Program-made: the position numbers and the translations under genes | Part shown: in pieces, positions 60,199 to 64,000 of the stretch | Numbering within the stretch: the first letter of the stretch is position 1 | How the letters are laid out: each line of letters starts with the position of its first letter | Assembly: GCA_051294375.1 (NCBI GenBank) | Contig: CM119264.1 | Coordinates: 26,632,008-26,696,007, forward strand | Source of the DNA: Paraspadella gotoi | Taxonomy: Eukaryota > Animalia > Chaetognatha | Length of the DNA: 64,000 bases | Reading direction: 5' to 3' | The notes under the pieces: generated by a model | What the model was told of the DNA's origin: nothing | What the model saw: only the letters and a program-made list of their open reading frames with translations | Databases searched by the model: none

Positions 60199-60513
60199 AT
60201 CTGACTTTATGACGTCATTTTTGTAAAACTTAAATTAACTTTCTACAATAAATCGCTAATATTTTTACTCGAGAAAAAAGATAAGAAAAAACAGAGAATA
60301 AGGAAAAACAAACTTTCCGGTGGCCGGATCCGGCTTCCGGTCCGTCCGTCCGGCGCCGGAAAACCCGAGAGGGAAATTGACGGAATCCATTATCGTTACA
60401 AGTTTCAGGTCGAGAAAAAATGAATCCTCGACTCGTTTCCCGGGACGTACAATAAAACTCGGTTTTTGCGAAAGAACGGGAACGGAGATGGCGAAACTCG
60501 GGGAAATGAGAAG

Positions 60514-60546
<33 letters not shown>

Positions 60547-61698
60547 AGGAGAAAGAGGAAGAGAGAGAGAGAGAAGAGCACCGCAGAGAGAGAATCGAGA
60601 AGAGAGAGGGTCAGGGGTAAGAAGATCTCAAATGTAACCGTATGGCTACGTTATGACAGAGATCACAGATAGAGCAGCCCGACAATGGTCGTTCTCTGTC
60701 ATCGAAATGATATTATGTTTTGGTCTCGTGCGACGCTTCGACACCGTATAGCTGCCACCGCTCCACCATTGCCTCAAACCGCGCTCGCACCTGCCTGCAT
60801 CGCCGCCTGGTCGACAGCATCCTCGCGATTCCAAGGACAAGATGCGTCTTCGTTCCTGAATATTCTTTTAACGTCTTTTTCGGTCCGTCGATCCATACGT
60901 CCGTTCGTCGTTCTGGCCGTTTCTGTCAAGCCGATTCCCAAAAGTTTTTGTCAGTTTAGTTACACACTCAAAAAGTCACTACTTAACCCGGCCGCGCTTT
61001 GCATCGTTAGATGACTTGACGTCTCTCACGTTTATGTCATTTCTGATCACTCTATTGGGGTCTCCCAGAATTTTCTTTCGATATATACAAATTTTATCTT
61101 TATTATAAACAATTGGTCGCAAAATTCCAAGATTTCTCTTCGTTTGTAATTCATAGTAATTTAATCATCTCGTTTAAAAGTTGGACCCACCGATTCTGAA
61201 TTTCCTACCACTCTTCCCCGATATTCCACCACTAATTTCGACGCCACTCTTGATCTGCCACTTCCTGTCACTCCACGCCATCTTCTGTTCACTCCCAACA
61301 TGTCCGCCGTCGATTTTCCGCTCGCGTCTCTCGAAAATTATGGAGTCGTCGCCTTCACCTTCGGAACTCATTTCCGATGGCGCGGGATTCGTCGTCGTTG
61401 TTGTCGTTGTTATCGTTGTCCTCGTCTTTAACGAAAAGCTTTTGTGTTGATTTTGTTATTAATGTTGTTAAATTTTGTTAATGCTGACGAAGTTCCAAAT
61501 TTCCAATTTTTTTTTTTAAATAAAAAAGTGAAAAAGAATCTCCGCCGCCGCAGAAAATACTTTGCTGCGTCGTTCTCCGTAATCGCAGCAGCCTCTCCGC
61601 AATACTCAACCTGGATTCGATAGTTAACCTCCTCCTTCTGAACCCAAGACTTTAACTCTTCTGAAGAAGGCTGAACGAGGGAGAGAGAGAGAGGAGAG

Positions 61699-61763
<65 letters not shown>

Positions 61764-63533
61764 AGAAACGCTAGAATGGAAGGAAGAAAGAAAAAAAAAT
61801 GAGAAAAATGTTTAATGGCTCGTAAAAATGGTTCACTTACTCTCTGGTAGAGGGACGACGGCCACGTGCGTAAACATTTCCTCTCTACTCCTCTCACTCT
61901 CTCTCTCTCCGTTTGCTGCCTCTCGTCTTTCCTTTTCGCTGACTTCTCCTCTCTCTCTCTCTTTCTCCCTCACTGTCTATTTCTTCCCGACCTTCGGTTT
62001 ATCTCTCCACACAGGAATCAATAGAATCCTGGGGATTTGAAAGATTTCCAGTCATCCTTTAATGGCGGAAAATCTTTGGGCTTAAAAAAAGTGAAGTTGT
62101 GAGAGGAGGTGGAGGAGGAGGAGGAGGAGGAAGGAGAGAAGAGAGAGAATAAGACGATAAGGATGTACAGGGAGACCTAAAAACCCGGAGTGGTTGGAAG
62201 GAAGCGGTCGGGACATAAAATTAGGCGTAACCGAAAATGGTATAATGACACGGCGATGTACGCCAACCTTCCCTTATTATGTATGATGATGATGTCCTGG
62301 GGTTGCCCGCGCGCCGCCCGCGTCGCCGCGTGCCGCCCACGCGCGCCCACCCGAGCACCAGCATTGATGGTTTTCAGCTCGACTTGGTTTCCGTATTTGT
62401 TGTCGTCGTCGTTCTTTATTCTGTGGTCGTTGTCGTCGTCGTCTTTTTCGTCGTCGGTGGAACCTGAAAATGTGACGACCCATGAAAAAAAGGTTCGTTG
62501 TTATCCTAAGATTGGATCGGTTTCATGACGACGATGTTCAAAGATCGACATCAATTTCTTGCCGCGATGAAAAAAAAATTAATTCCGCGTCATATTTTCT
62601 TTTCCTGTCACACATTTTAGTTTTGTTAATATGCTCCTACTTCTAATTCTTTTTTATCTCATCCTAGTTCCTCTTTTTTATAAACGTCCTCCCACGTTCC
62701 TTTCCTTTTTCATACTTCCATATCTATCATTTTCTCCATCTTTTTCTCCCATTTTTTCACGCTCCCCTCTCTTTTTCATATTTCCCATATTTCCATATCT
62801 AACCTATCGATATTTCTCTTCCATAGTCCTTTTCCTTAACTCCCACCCTCATACTTCCCCGCTTCGAACACCGACTTTTTACAATCCTCTTCCTCTCGGC
62901 TCAATGCATCTCTGTCTCGAACTAACCACCTTACCCCCCATGTTCTTCTTTTTTTTTTTCTCTCGTCCTCTTTCTTCTTCTCTTGCCTCTTTCTTATTTT
63001 CCCGCTTTCTTCGCTCGAGTTCTCATTCCAGCTGTCTGCTGCCTTTTATGGTTCATTAACGTTATCATAATCATTATTTGTCTCTGGACTTCTCGGGGGC
63101 GGAGAGTAGAGAGAGAGAGAGAGAGAGAGAGATGAGTAGAGAGAGAGAGAGGATAGAGAGAGAGGAGAGAGGAGAAGGGAGAGAGAGAGAAGAGAGAGAG
63201 CAGAGAGAAGAGAGAGAGACTCCTGTAGAAGAGAAGAACTCTTTTTTTCCCTTTTAGAAGGAAAAACGCTTAGGCGGGACAAGGGCAGAGGAGAAGGACT
63301 AGAGAATCTCTTTTGAGAGGACGTTTGTGTTGTGAACGATTCACGAAATCACAATTTTCCAGATGAACAATAGTCGGCCAAATCATGTAATATTTCTATA
63401 AACAATAAGATAATCGGGAAAGGTGTTGCGGTTGTTAATTTCTTTCTCCTTGCCTTTCTTTCTCATCGAACTCTTTCTTTATTAATTCGCTTCTTTTTTA
63501 ATTCTCTCNNNNNNNNNNNNNNNNNNNNNNNNN

Positions 63534-63602
<69 letters not shown>

Positions 63603-64000
63603 GCTAGAAATGAAGGAAGAAAGAAAAAAAATGAGAAAAAATGTTTAATGGTCCGTAAAAATGGTTCCACTTTCCTGGTAGAGGGAGACGCGGCCACGTG
63701 CGTAAACATTTCCCTCTCACTCCTCTCACTCTCTCTCTCTCCGTTTGTCTGCCTCTCGTCTTTCCTTTTCGCTGCTCTCTCTCTCTCTCTCTCTTTCTCC
63801 CTCACAGCTCTATTTCTTCCCGACCTTCGGTTTATCTCTCCACACAGGAATCTAAGAATCCTGGGGATTTGAAAGATTTCCAGTCATCCTTTAATGGGGA
63901 AAATCTTTGGGCTTAAAAAAAGTGAAGTTGTGAGAGGAGGTGGAGGAGGAGGAGGAGGAGGAGAGGAGAAGAAGAAGAGGAATAAGACGATAGGATGTAC
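63534..64000 (+). repeat. Direct duplication of ~61690-62168, following a 25-N gap
   Basis: The stretch acgctagaa...aagacgata(a)ggatgtac occurs at both places; the gap 63509-63533 is 25 N. Confidence 0.9.

Noticed and set aside
60646-61014. Overlapping short ORFs in a GC-rich patch
   Set aside because: No recognisable domain in any frame, and the strand and frame cannot be chosen.

Overview
This is eukaryotic nuclear DNA, CpG-rich and packed with (GA/TC)n, (GAC/GTC)n and poly-A/T microsatellites. It comes from a gappy draft assembly with long-read-type indel noise. Nearly all ORFs in the supplied track are low-complexity artefacts. The one convincing gene is an intronless ~251-aa ORF (4326-5081) with TPR-like helices and a C-terminal CCCH zinc finger. 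Much of the window is redundant. 1-3528 recurs at 6622-10114. A ~9 kb inverted duplication (34888-44315 vs 44443-53175) is centred on a 25-N gap, and 5 kb of it appears a third time at 53176-58137. 61.7-62.2 kb recurs after another 25-N gap. The two inverted arms are not identical: the left arm carries a 633-bp TA-flanked, internally deleted Tc1-type transposon whose site is precisely empty in the right arm. The arms are therefore two haplotypes or paralogues rather than one folded-back read. Several structured minisatellites lie at 15.1, 23.3, 29 and 33.4-34.8 kb, including a tRNA-like Pol III unit sandwiched between two 30-bp arrays. I cannot support a new multi-gene system from this sequence; the best leads are given as findings.
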